Part shown: one piece after another, positions 32,361 through 41,315 of the stretch | How the letters are laid out: each line of letters opens with the position of its first letter | Numbering within the stretch: position 1 is the stretch's first letter | Origin: Mycobacteriales bacterium | GTDB lineage: Bacteria > Actinomycetota > Actinomycetes > Mycobacteriales > SCTD01 | Direction of reading: 5' to 3' | DNA length: 64,000 bases | NCBI GenBank assembly: GCA_046595815.1 | Contig: JBKJSN010000093.1 | Coordinates: forward strand, 1,343-65,342 | Made by a program: the position numbers and the translations under genes | Notes under the pieces: generated by a model | What the model saw: the letters and a program-made list of their open reading frames with translations, nothing else | What the model was told of the DNA's origin: nothing | Database searches by the model: none

Positions 32361-32398
32361 CGAAGAGCCCCGCTCCTTGGCAGGAGCGGGGCTCTTCG
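32361..32398. terminator. hairpin terminator downstream of the surface-protein gene
   Basis: CGAAGAGCCCCGCTCCT-tggc-AGGAGCGGGGCTCTTCG, perfect 17-bp stem. Confidence 0.75.
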
Positions 32399-32431
32399 AT
32401 CAAGCAGTGGTGCTGTGTCAAGCAGAAGTGC

Positions 32432-33949
32432 TTAGCCCTGGTGCGCCAGGCGGCGACGGCGGGCGACGAGCGCGAGGCCCATGAGGCTGATCGCGATCGG
32501 GCCGGTCAGGGCGAAGTTCGCACCCGTGCGGGCCATCACCGGCTGGGCCGTGGTCGTCGCCGGGCGCGTGGTGCGCTGCGGCGGGACCGAGGAGTTGGCC
32601 TTGACGACGTCGGCCGCGGCCGGGACGAACTGGATGTCCAGCAGCGGCTTGGTGCCGAAGACCGCGCCGACACCCGGCAGCGTCGGGTTCACGACGAGGC
32701 GAGCGGCGGAGACGGAGCTGGCGGCGTGGTCGGGCGTCTCGATCTGCTCGCCGACCGCGGTCTGGGTCAGCGTTGCACCCAGGACGCTGTTGAGCAGGGT
32801 CGTGATCTGCGCCAGGGCGCCGTTCACCGCGGTGACGACGGCTGCCGGCAGAACCGGGCTGCCGAGGGCAGCCTGCAGGCCATTGGTGACCTCGAGGCTG
32901 AGCAGGTCCTTCACGTTGACCTTGAGCAGCGCGTTCTGGCCCTTGTCGGCGGTCGCCTTGCTGATGCCGTTGCCCAGCTTGGCCGACGCCTGCGAGGTGA
33001 GGCCGTCGACGGTCACCAGACCGCCCAGCGCGCTGACGCCGATGAGCTTGTTGCTAGAGGTGGACGTGACGACGCCCGCAGCGCGCTTGACCGTCTGCTC
33101 CGACTCGATGAGGCCGACCTTGAGCAGCGAGGTGTCCGCAGCAGCCGACTTGATCTTGCCGGAGAGCAGGCCCGGGAGGGCGTCGAGCTGGTCGATGACG
33201 TCGGCGATGGCTGCCTGGACCTCGTCGGTGGTCGGTCCGGTCGCGCCGGCGCTGGCCTCGTCGAGGGCATCGGTGACCTGGCCGAGCAGACCGGTGACGG
33301 TGTTGCCGACCGTGGTGGTGACGCCGCCGATCGCCTCGGTCTGCGAGGCGCTCTGCGTGCCGAGAGCCGTGGACAGCACGGCAGCGATCTGCACGTTGAG
33401 CAGCTCGAGGATCTTGTCCAGGACGCCCGTGCCGTCGACCGTGAGGTTCGCGACCGTGCTCAGGCTGTGCGACACCTCGCCGTCAACGGTCGGGTTGTTG
33501 GCGACCGAGTTGAGCTCGAGGGCCTTCGCGTGGATGCCGAAGCCGGCCAGGCCGTCCTTCAGCTGTTGCGGCAGCACCGTGAACGGCGCCGGCGCCGGCT
33601 TGCCGTACTCCGCCGTCACGCTCTTGTTGAGCAGACCTGACAGCGCGACGACGTTGCCGTTGGCGCCGAGCGTCGAGGTCGCGATCGCCTTGACGTCGTT
33701 GGTGCGGATGGTGCCGCCCGTGAGGACCAGGTCCTGGGTGAGCGTCTGGGGCAGGCCGGCCGTCTTGAGGACGTCCGCGAGCTGCGCAGGCATGTTGATG
33801 GTCAGGCGGATGACGGAGCCGCCACCTGACGCAGTGAAGTCGGTCTTCTGAGTGTTGACGGCACCCGCCGTACCCGCACCGGCAGCGACGAGCGTGCCGG
33901 TAGCCAGGGCAAGAGCGGTCAGCCGCGCGACCCGTCCAGTGCTGGTCAT
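32432..33949 (-). CDS. secreted A/T/L/V-rich surface protein with LAXTG-like sorting signal
   Basis: Signal peptide; C-terminal MARTG + hydrophobic helix + RRRR; AAGGGG RBS; strongly biased codon usage. Confidence 0.8.
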   Translation of the reverse strand: MTSTGRVARLTALALATGTLVAAGAGTAGAVNTQKTDFTASGGGSVIRLTINMPAQLADVLKTAGLPQTLTQDLVLTGGTIRTNDVKAIATSTLGANGNVVALSGLLNKSVTAEYGKPAPAPFTVLPQQLKDGLAGFGIHAKALELNSVANNPTVDGEVSHSLSTVANLTVDGTGVLDKILELLNVQIAAVLSTALGTQSASQTEAIGGVTTTVGNTVTGLLGQVTDALDEASAGATGPTTDEVQAAIADVIDQLDALPGLLSGKIKSAAADTSLLKVGLIESEQTVKRAAGVVTSTSSNKLIGVSALGGLVTVDGLTSQASAKLGNGISKATADKGQNALLKVNVKDLLSLEVTNGLQAALGSPVLPAAVVTAVNGALAQITTLLNSVLGATLTQTAVGEQIETPDHAASSVSAARLVVNPTLPGVGAVFGTKPLLDIQFVPAAADVVKANSSVPPQRTTRPATTTAQPVMARTGANFALTGPIAISLMGLALVARRRRLAHQG

Positions 33950-33990
33950 GTGATCCCCTTGTAGCGGTTCTGTCACCGAAGTTGGTGACG

Positions 33991-34019
33991 ATCTCGGCAT
34001 TCCGGACGTTCCGCTTGAA
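33991..34019 (-). promoter_or_regulatory. putative sigma28/WhiG-type promoter of the surface-protein gene
   Basis: TTCAA-N16-GCCGAGAT. Confidence 0.55.
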
Positions 34020-34060
34020 CCGGACCCTTGCGGATCCGGGTGGCGTGCCGTCTTGCCCCC

Positions 34061-34088
34061 TCAACGAGCGTTCCCAGCCTAGGTGACG
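34061..34088 (-). promoter_or_regulatory. putative sigma-BldN-type promoter of the surface-protein gene
   Basis: CGTCAC-N16-CGTTGA. Confidence 0.7.
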
Positions 34089-34205
34089 GGGGGCACACGA
34101 GGAATTTTAGGAGTCTTGTGATTTTTGGGGTAATTCGGGCACAAGGCTCGTTTCACACCATCACGCAGCGTACTGCCCCGGTCACGCAGCCGCCAACGCC
34201 GCGCC

Positions 34206-34238
34206 GAGCGGGCACTGAGCGGGCACTGAGCGGGCACC
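34206..34238. repeat. 11-bp tandem repeat x3
   Basis: GAGCGGGCACT GAGCGGGCACT GAGCGGGCACC. Confidence 0.85.
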
Positions 34239-34258
34239 GGGCAGTGAACCGACTCGGG

Positions 34259-35482
34259 CTAGGGCTTGACGGCGGGCAGGGACTGCGGCGCGGGCTGCAG
34301 CGTCGGCAGGCCCGTGGGCTGCGGCAGCAGCGTCGGCAAGATCGTGGGCAGGATCGTCGGCCACACGCCGGGGGACGGAGAGGTCGTCGGCGTCGGGGTC
34401 GGCGTCGGCTCGCTGGTGGGTTCGGTCGTCCGTTCCGGGGTGGGCTCGTCGGTGGGGGACGTCGTCGGACCAGGCGTGGGCTGCGGGGTCGGGCCCGGCT
34501 CGCCGCAGGTGCACGGCGGGACACCGTTGTCGTCGGGCTGCTCGGGGCTGGCGCTCGCACCCGGCGTGGGACCGGGCTCCACAGGAAGGGTCGGGCCGCC
34601 GGTGGCCGGGTCGCATGACTGGCCGCAGGTGCCCAGGTTGAGCAGCTCGACGGCGGTGCTGCCGACCTCCTCCACCAGGTCCAGCGACTGCTGGGCCGCG
34701 AGGGCCGTGCCCGCGGGCAGCTGCGGGATGAGCGTGGCGAGGCGGGCTTGCTGCTCGAGCGAGAACGAGCTCAGGACGCGCAGCGGAGCCGTGCGGCCGG
34801 TGTTCCGGTAGACGCTCTCGAGCAGCGCGCGGCCCTTGCGGGTCTCGGTGTCGAAGTCGGCCAGGGTGTCGTTGATGCGATCCTGCCGCGAACCGGAGGC
34901 CAGGCTGCCAGCAGCCAGCGTGCCCGTGCCGGCGCCGCTCAGGGCGAGCTCGCCGTCCCCCTGCGCCAGCGCTCGCACCTCGCGCAGTCGGGTGGCGGCG
35001 AACTCCAGGTGCTTGCCGCCGCGGGCGGTGTCGTTGTCGGCGAGCTGCAGCTGCAGGCCCTCGCTGACGCGCTTGAGGCTGTAGAAGGGCTGACCGGGCA
35101 GGGAGCGTGAGGAGGCCACGCCCATGCCGGTGATCGCGACGACGCCGGCCATCGCACCGGAGGCGAGCGCCATGCGCCGTTGCGCCGTCCAGCTCTGCGA
35201 CCACGCGCGCACACGCTCGAGTGACCCAGCACTCGCGGGCACGGCGGCAGCCGCGGGAGCGGCCTGGGCTCCGTGGACCTCCGCCACGGCGAGGAGCCGC
35301 TGACGCAGCGCGATCCGGAACTCCGGGCGAAGGGAGGCCTTGTCGTCCAGAGCGGGAGAGATGACCCGGAGCCGGGTGGCGAGCGTCGCGAGCCCAGCCG
35401 TCCTGGTCGTCGGACCGGCGACAGCCCCCTCAAGCAGACGCGCGAGCTCTTCGGCTCGGGCGCGGTTGCCCAGGGGGTTCAT
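34259..35482 (-). CDS. rsbN: DUF5667 anti-sigma factor RsbN-like
   Basis: RAEELARLL, PEFR..LRQRL, TM, SLPGQPFYSLKR..E, L.FA.TRL.E; Pro/Thr tail; directly downstream of bldN. Confidence 0.8.
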   Translation of the reverse strand: MNPLGNRARAEELARLLEGAVAGPTTRTAGLATLATRLRVISPALDDKASLRPEFRIALRQRLLAVAEVHGAQAAPAAAAVPASAGSLERVRAWSQSWTAQRRMALASGAMAGVVAITGMGVASSRSLPGQPFYSLKRVSEGLQLQLADNDTARGGKHLEFAATRLREVRALAQGDGELALSGAGTGTLAAGSLASGSRQDRINDTLADFDTETRKGRALLESVYRNTGRTAPLRVLSSFSLEQQARLATLIPQLPAGTALAAQQSLDLVEEVGSTAVELLNLGTCGQSCDPATGGPTLPVEPGPTPGASASPEQPDDNGVPPCTCGEPGPTPQPTPGPTTSPTDEPTPERTTEPTSEPTPTPTPTTSPSPGVWPTILPTILPTLLPQPTGLPTLQPAPQSLPAVKP

Positions 35483-35555
35483 GACCGGGATCCTCTCGCG
35501 GAACGTGCGGGGTGGTGCGCTGACGCGGAGCGGACGGCAAGGGCCGTCAGGACTC

Positions 35556-35584
35556 CCAACGAGCGGAGGGCCACTGGGGTGACG
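35556..35584 (-). promoter_or_regulatory. putative sigma-BldN-type promoter of rsbN
   Basis: CGTCAC-N17-CGTTGG. Confidence 0.6.
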
Positions 35585-35627
35585 GCGGCTCGTCCGGTAT
35601 GTCCGGATCGTACTGCCGTTGAGCCCC

Positions 35628-36272
35628 TCACAGCTCCACTCCCTCGGGCAGGAGCCGCCCCAGGGTGCGGATGGCGCGGTATTGCAGCGCCTTGATCGCT
35701 CCATCGTTCTTGCCCATGATCTGCGCCGTCTCGGCGACCGACAGGCCCTGGAGGAAGCGCAGCACGATGCACTCCTGCTGCTCGGTGTTGAGCTGCTTGA
35801 CCGCCTGGAGCAGGACCTTGTTGGTCATCCCCTCCAGGACCGCACGCTCCGGGCCCTCGATGACGGGGGCCGAGCCGGAGTCGGTGACGTCGTCGGTGGT
35901 CAGCTCGAGCCGGTAGCGGCCGCTCTTGTAGTGGTCGGCCACGAGGTTGCGGGCGATCGTGGTGAACCACGCCCCGACGTCACGGCCCTGCCAGGTGAAG
36001 GTGCTGATCCGGCGCAGCGCCCGCAGGAACGTCTCGGAGGTCAGGTCCTCGGCGACGGCCGAGCTGGCGACGCGGTAGGCGATGTAGCGGTAGACCTGAT
36101 CGACGTACCGGTCGTAGAGCAAGCCAAAGGCATCGGCGTCCCCGGCCTGCGCGCGCTCGACCAGGGCAAAGGTGACAGCGCTCTCGCCCTCCGGGGCGGC
36201 GGTTTCGACCCGGTCGTGGTCGGGTACGGCGGGGGTTGGGACAGCGGCATCGCTGGTCACTGCCCTGGTCAC
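35628..36272 (-). CDS. bldN: ECF sigma factor BldN family
   Basis: LVERAQAGDADAFGLLYDRY, AEDLTSETFLRALRRISTFTWQGRD.GAW..TIARNLVADH.KS, QQEC..LRFLQGLSVAETA..MGKN.GAIK.LQYRA; frame open further upstream so start uncertain. Confidence 0.9.
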   Translation of the reverse strand: MTRAVTSDAAVPTPAVPDHDRVETAAPEGESAVTFALVERAQAGDADAFGLLYDRYVDQVYRYIAYRVASSAVAEDLTSETFLRALRRISTFTWQGRDVGAWFTTIARNLVADHYKSGRYRLELTTDDVTDSGSAPVIEGPERAVLEGMTNKVLLQAVKQLNTEQQECIVLRFLQGLSVAETAQIMGKNDGAIKALQYRAIRTLGRLLPEGVEL

Positions 36273-36421
36273 CTGGCGTCCCTGGGCACGGCCGCTCCCG
36301 CAGGGTGCGCGGGCAGGCGGGCGTGCATGGGACTCCGTTCGGGCTCCGGGGGAAGTCGTACGAGCCGGTGCACGCATCGTACGGGCGCGCCCCGGCTCGC
36401 GAAGGCGTTCTGACACGTTGT

Positions 36422-36450
36422 GTCTCGGCACGTACGGCGGGCTGCCTGAG
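36422..36450 (-). promoter_or_regulatory. putative sigma28/WhiG-type promoter of bldN
   Basis: CTCAG-N16-GCCGAGAC. Confidence 0.55.
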
Positions 36451-36511
36451 CCGTTCGGGGCTCTCGTGCGCTTCGTCACAGCCGACGGTTGTGGCCACGT
36501 ACTCTGCCTCC

Positions 36512-38809
36512 ATGGTCGCGCCGGGTCCAGCCTCGTCACGTGCGCGGGCCGTGGGCCAAGGCCGCCCTCGGCGCCGGCCGCACCGGCGTGCCCGCCTCGT
36601 CGCGCGCTCGCTGCTGGTCCTCGTGCTGGCGACCACCGTCGGGACGGCGACCTTCGTGGCCGGCCTGCTCGCGGCGCCCATCGACCTCGCGGTCGCGCCC
36701 CCGCCCAGCTCGGTGCTCCTGCTTGCCGCCGACGGGCGCCAGTTCGCGACGCTGCAGCCCACGGAGCGGCACGAGAACGTCGCGGCCGAGGACATCCCTC
36801 AGGCGATGCGCGATGCGATCATGGCCGCCGAGGATGCGAAATTCCTCACCCACAGTGGGGTCGACGTCCTCGCCACGCTCCGAGCGGCGTTCCGCGATCT
36901 CACCGGCGGCTCCGTGCAGCAGGGTGGCTCGACGCTGACCCAGCAGTACGTGAAGAACGCCTATGTCGGGAACGAGCGCACGGCGCTCCGCAAGATCCGC
37001 GAGGCGGCGCTCGCGGTGCGGCTGGAGCGCAAGCTGTCCAAGCAGCAGATCCTCACCGACTACCTCAACGCGCTCTACCTCGGCAACGGCCTGTACGGCG
37101 TGCAGGCCGGCTCGCGCTACTACTTCGGCGTCCCCGTGAAGGACCTCGAGCTCAACACCCGCACGAACAAGCGCGATCCGCTCCTCGGGCTGGCCCGCGC
37201 CTCGATGCTGGCGGGGATCGCGCCCGCGCCGTCCTACTGGAACCCGGTCAAGGACTTCGCCACGGCGCGCGGTCGGCAGCAGTACACGCTCAACCGGATG
37301 GTGGTGGCTGGCTTCGCCTCGCCCCAGCAGGCGAGTGACGCCTACCAGTACGACGTCCGCCCGCTCCGGGTCAGGGCGCAGGAGCAGCCGACCATCGCGC
37401 CCGAGTTCGCCGACTACGTCAAGGCGCGGGTCAAGGCCAGCGAGTCCTACGAGGAGGACACCTTCTTCCGCGGACGGCTGCGGGTGCGCACCACGCTCGA
37501 TCTGGACCTGCAGCAGGCCTTCAACGAGGCGCTGCGTGACGTCCTGCCCGACGCCAAGGACCCGCAGGCCGCGATCGTGGCCGTCGATTACACCAACGGT
37601 GACGTGAAGGCGATGGCGACCTTGCGACGGGTGCCTGCCTTGAAGTACCCCGACGGGCGGCTCTACCGCCCGGCCACCACGCAGTACGAGCAGCGACTGG
37701 GCTTCAACCTCGCCACAGCGGCTGAGCGGTCGTCGGGGTCGACCATCAAGCCGTTCACGCTGGCGGTCGCGCTGCAGCAGGGGCAGTCGCTGAACACCAC
37801 ACGCTATGCGCCCAACCGCGACTCGATCCCGAACCCCGGTGGTTTTCCTAACCCCTACGTCTACTCCAACGCCGACGTGAGCGAGTCCGGGCGCTTCAGC
37901 CTGCGCCGAGCGATGGCCGACTCGGTCAACACGGTGTACCTGCCGCTGGCCAAGGAGGTCGGCCGCGGGAAGGTCGCGGCCCTGGCCGAGGCGGCCGGGC
38001 TGCAGGGGCGGCTGCGTCCGGGGAACCTGTCGTTCGGCATCGGAGCCGGCGCCGAGGTGACACCGATCTCGGAAGCCATCGCCTACGGCACCTTTGCCAA
38101 CGACGGCGTGCGGATGCCTACCCGCTCCTTCACCGAGATCCGCCAGGGCGCCACCGTGTCGGACCCGGGTGAGGTGGTGCAGTCGGTGGGAGTCGACAAG
38201 GGAAAGCGGGTGATGAGCAAGGGCGTGGCGCGCGACGTCGTGACGGCCTTGACCGACGTGGTCGAGCGCGGCACCGGCAGCCGGGCGCGCCAGCCCTTCC
38301 CGGTCTTCGGCAAGACGGGTACGACGAATGACTCCACCGACGCGTGGTTCACCGCGTGCATCCCGGACCAGAAGATCTGCGTGGCGACGTGGATGGGTTA
38401 TGAGTTCTCCTCGTGCGACCCGCGCGGGCCCAAGCCGGAGCGGGCGCGGCTGACCGTCGTCGGTCCCTGCGGGGGGATGAAGAAGCTCCACGGCTTCAAG
38501 CAGGTCTTCGGCGGGACGCTGCCCGCGGAGATCTTCGCGAAGGCGCAGGAGAACCTGCGCCGCATCAAGGCCGAGCGGGCTGCCCGTGCGGCGGGCTTGC
38601 CGGTGCCCACCCTGACGCCGACGGCGACGAAGAAGCCCAGGGTTGTGCGCACCAGCGCTCCCCGCCCCACCGTCACGGCCACGGTGTCCGCGACCCCCAC
38701 ACCTGCTCCGGTCCCGACCACGCCGTCTCCGGAGCCGACCACGACGGGCATCCTGCCGCCGCCGCCCACCTCGCCACCTCCCAGTCCACCGGCGCCCAGT
38801 CCGCCCTAG
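36512..38809 (+). CDS. class A penicillin-binding protein (transglycosylase/transpeptidase)
   Basis: AAED..F..H.GVD, QGGSTLTQQYVKN, RKIRE, YLN; SGSTIKP, SVN, KTGT; Pro/Thr tail; TACTCT -10 leaderless. Confidence 0.95.
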   Translation: MVAPGPASSRARAVGQGRPRRRPHRRARLVARSLLVLVLATTVGTATFVAGLLAAPIDLAVAPPPSSVLLLAADGRQFATLQPTERHENVAAEDIPQAMRDAIMAAEDAKFLTHSGVDVLATLRAAFRDLTGGSVQQGGSTLTQQYVKNAYVGNERTALRKIREAALAVRLERKLSKQQILTDYLNALYLGNGLYGVQAGSRYYFGVPVKDLELNTRTNKRDPLLGLARASMLAGIAPAPSYWNPVKDFATARGRQQYTLNRMVVAGFASPQQASDAYQYDVRPLRVRAQEQPTIAPEFADYVKARVKASESYEEDTFFRGRLRVRTTLDLDLQQAFNEALRDVLPDAKDPQAAIVAVDYTNGDVKAMATLRRVPALKYPDGRLYRPATTQYEQRLGFNLATAAERSSGSTIKPFTLAVALQQGQSLNTTRYAPNRDSIPNPGGFPNPYVYSNADVSESGRFSLRRAMADSVNTVYLPLAKEVGRGKVAALAEAAGLQGRLRPGNLSFGIGAGAEVTPISEAIAYGTFANDGVRMPTRSFTEIRQGATVSDPGEVVQSVGVDKGKRVMSKGVARDVVTALTDVVERGTGSRARQPFPVFGKTGTTNDSTDAWFTACIPDQKICVATWMGYEFSSCDPRGPKPERARLTVVGPCGGMKKLHGFKQVFGGTLPAEIFAKAQENLRRIKAERAARAAGLPVPTLTPTATKKPRVVRTSAPRPTVTATVSATPTPAPVPTTPSPEPTTTGILPPPPTSPPPSPPAPSPP

Positions 38810-38838
38810 GAGGCGGCCGCTGTGGAATGCTCGCCCGC

Positions 38839-40338
38839 GTGACGGTCAACCTCGCCGAGCTCGTGCGCACCGCCGCCGTTTCCCACCCCGACAAGCCGGC
38901 GCTGGTCTTCCACGGCGCAGTCACGACCTGGGGCGAGCTCGATGCCCGCGTCGATGCGGTCGCCCGAGGGTTGAGGGGCCTCGGCCTGGAGCGTGGGGAT
39001 CGCGTCGCGTTGCACCTGGGGAACACCCCCGACTTCCCCGCGGCCTACTTCGGGGTGCTCCGTGCCGGGCTGGTCGCGCTCCCCGTCAACCCGGGCTGCA
39101 CCGTGCCGGAGCTGACGCACGTGCTCGGGGACAGCGGGGCGCGCGCGATGGTCACCTCGAAGGAGGGGGCAGGCACGGTGGCCGCCCTCGAGGTGGCACC
39201 GCCCCACATCCTGGTCACAGGCGAGGGCAGCTGGGGCGACCTGGGCGCCGGTTCCCCGCCGTACGCCGCAGTGGGTGGAGACGAGGACCTCGCGGTGCTG
39301 CTCTACACCAGCGGCACCAGCGGGCGGCCCAAGGGCGCCATGCTCACCCATCGCGCGCTGCTGGCCAACCTCGAGCAGGCCTCCGCGATCGACCCGCACG
39401 TCGTGGCGACCGACGACGTCGTGCTGCTGGTGCTGCCGCTGTTCCACGTGTACGGCCTCAACGGGGCGTTGGGCATGGTCGCCAGGCACGCGGCGACGGG
39501 GGTGCTTGTCGAGCGGTTCGACCCTGTCGGGACGCTGGAGGAGATCCACCGCAGCGAGGTCACCAACGTCGTCGGGGCGCCGCCAATGTGGGTCGCGTGG
39601 TCGCTGCTGCCCGACGTGGGCGACGCCTTCTCCAGCGTACGGCTGTGCCTGTCCGGTGCAGCGCCGCTGCCGGCCGACGTGCTGCACCGGGTGCTCGACG
39701 TCACGGGGCACCACGTGTTCGAGGGCTACGGCCTCACCGAGACCGCCCCCGTGCTGACCTCCACGCTGATGAGCGAGGTCCCCAAGGCCGCCTCCATCGG
39801 GCGACCCGTGCCCGGGGTGGAGCTGCGGCTGCTCGACCTCGAGGGCCATCCCGTCGAGGACGGCGACCCCGGCGAGATCGTGGTGCGCGGAGCCAACCTG
39901 TTCTCGGGCTACTGGCCCGACGGCGCGGACGGGCCGGACGCCGAAGGATGGTTCGCCACGGGCGACGTGGCCGTGATCGATGACGACGGGGACCTGCGCC
40001 TGGTCGACCGGCGGCGCGAGCTGGTGCTGGTCAGCGGCTTCAACGTCTACCCACGTGAGGTGGAGGACGTGATCGCCGCCCACCCCGAGGTCGCCGAGGT
40101 CGCGGTGATCGGGATCCCGCACCCCTACACCGGTCAGGCCGTCAAGGCGCTCGTCGTCCGGGCACCGGACTCGACCCTCACGGCCGAGGGCGTGATCGCA
40201 CACGCGGCCCTGTCGCTGGCGCGGTTCAAGTGCCCGACGGTCGTGGAGATGGTCGACGCGTTGCCCCACACCGCGACCGGCAAGGTCTCCAAGGGTCAGC
40301 TGCGCGAGCTCGGCCAGGACGGCGCCGGCGCGGTGTGA
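38839..40338 (+). CDS. long-chain acyl-CoA ligase (AMP-binding)
   Basis: YTSGTSGRPKG, LPLFHVYG, EGYGLTE, TGD, TGKV; alternative ATG at 38827. Confidence 0.9.
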   Translation: MTVNLAELVRTAAVSHPDKPALVFHGAVTTWGELDARVDAVARGLRGLGLERGDRVALHLGNTPDFPAAYFGVLRAGLVALPVNPGCTVPELTHVLGDSGARAMVTSKEGAGTVAALEVAPPHILVTGEGSWGDLGAGSPPYAAVGGDEDLAVLLYTSGTSGRPKGAMLTHRALLANLEQASAIDPHVVATDDVVLLVLPLFHVYGLNGALGMVARHAATGVLVERFDPVGTLEEIHRSEVTNVVGAPPMWVAWSLLPDVGDAFSSVRLCLSGAAPLPADVLHRVLDVTGHHVFEGYGLTETAPVLTSTLMSEVPKAASIGRPVPGVELRLLDLEGHPVEDGDPGEIVVRGANLFSGYWPDGADGPDAEGWFATGDVAVIDDDGDLRLVDRRRELVLVSGFNVYPREVEDVIAAHPEVAEVAVIGIPHPYTGQAVKALVVRAPDSTLTAEGVIAHAALSLARFKCPTVVEMVDALPHTATGKVSKGQLRELGQDGAGAV

Positions 40339-40598
40339 GGCTCGGCCGTCGGCCGCGCGTCGGCACGCTCACCTTCGTCACCCGCACCGGTTGCACGCTG
40401 TGCGCCGAGGCGCAGCCGGTCGTGGAGCGGCTCGTCGCACGTGCTGCGGTGACGCTGGTTGTCGCTGACGTGGACGCCGACCCGGCGCTGGCGGGGTGGA
40501 GCGACCACGTCCCGGTTGTGCTGCTCGACGGTGTCGAGCACAGCCGGTGGTGGGTCGAGGAGGCCGCGCTCGCGAAGGCCCTCGGGGTGCGGGTGTGA
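40335..40598 (+). CDS. glutaredoxin-like protein (DUF836)
   Basis: GCTLC, DVD.DP, VPVVLLDG; conserved position upstream of rex. Confidence 0.8.
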   Translation: MRLGRRPRVGTLTFVTRTGCTLCAEAQPVVERLVARAAVTLVVADVDADPALAGWSDHVPVVLLDGVEHSRWWVEEAALAKALGVRV

Positions 40599-40613
40599 CG
40601 GGGCTCACCGATT

Positions 40614-40631
40614 TTGTGAACGCGTTCACAA
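40614..40631. promoter_or_regulatory. Rex operator (ROP)
   Basis: Perfect palindrome TTGTGAACGCGTTCACAA immediately upstream of the TAGCCT -10 and rex ATG. Confidence 0.9.
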
Positions 40632-40649
40632 GCGCGTAGCCTCCGCGGC

Positions 40650-41315
40650 ATGACCGCGCCCAGCCTGCCCGAGGAGCGTCGCCGTACGGCGATCCCCGAG
40701 GCCACGATCGCGCGGCTGCCGGTCTACCTTCGGGCCCTCCACGGCCTCGCGGAAGACGGCTCCGTGACCGTGAGCTCGGAGGAGCTGGCGGAGGCGGCGG
40801 GGGTCAACAGCGCCAAGCTGCGCAAGGACCTGTCGCACCTGGGCTCCTACGGCACGCGCGGCGTCGGGTACGACGTGGAGCACCTCGTCGAGCAGATCTC
40901 CAGCGAGCTCGGGCTGCAGCGGCCGTGCTCGGTCGTGCTCGTCGGGGTCGGCAACCTCGGACGGGCGCTGGCCGGGTACGGCGGGTTCGCCTCCCGAGGC
41001 CTTGCCATCGACGCCCTGCTGGACGTGGACCCCGCGACGATCGGCACCCAGATCGCCGGGCTGACCGTGCGCCACCTCGACGAGTTGGGGGAGGTCGTCT
41101 CGGGGGCGTCCATCGGAGTCATCGCGACACCGGCGGCTGCAGCGCAGGCGGTGTGCGACCAGCTCGTCGCAGCCGGTGTGACGAGCATCTTGAACTTCGC
41201 GCCGACGGTGCTGTCCGTCCCGTCGCACGTGGACCTGCGCAAGGTGGACCTGTCGATCGAGCTGCAGATCCTGTCCTTTCACGAGCACCGCAAGGCGATG
41301 GGGGCCTCGTCATGA
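40650..41315 (+). CDS. rex: redox-sensing transcriptional repressor Rex
   Basis: IPEATIARLP.YLR, LRKDLS.LGSYG.RGVGY, VGVGNLG.AL, ILNFAP. Confidence 0.95.
   Translation: MTAPSLPEERRRTAIPEATIARLPVYLRALHGLAEDGSVTVSSEELAEAAGVNSAKLRKDLSHLGSYGTRGVGYDVEHLVEQISSELGLQRPCSVVLVGVGNLGRALAGYGGFASRGLAIDALLDVDPATIGTQIAGLTVRHLDELGEVVSGASIGVIATPAAAAQAVCDQLVAAGVTSILNFAPTVLSVPSHVDLRKVDLSIELQILSFHEHRKAMGASS

Noticed and set aside
32401..32433. AGCAGAAGTGCTT shared with the XRE operator region at 5651-5663, and a paired AGCA-N4-TGCT repeat
   Set aside because: It lies between a stop codon and its terminator rather than in a promoter, and a 13-nt match can arise by chance.
36412..36424. GACAC-GTT-GTGTC as a BldD box upstream of bldN
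   Set aside because: It is a real palindrome, but the half-site spacing does not fit the BldD consensus; left unassigned.
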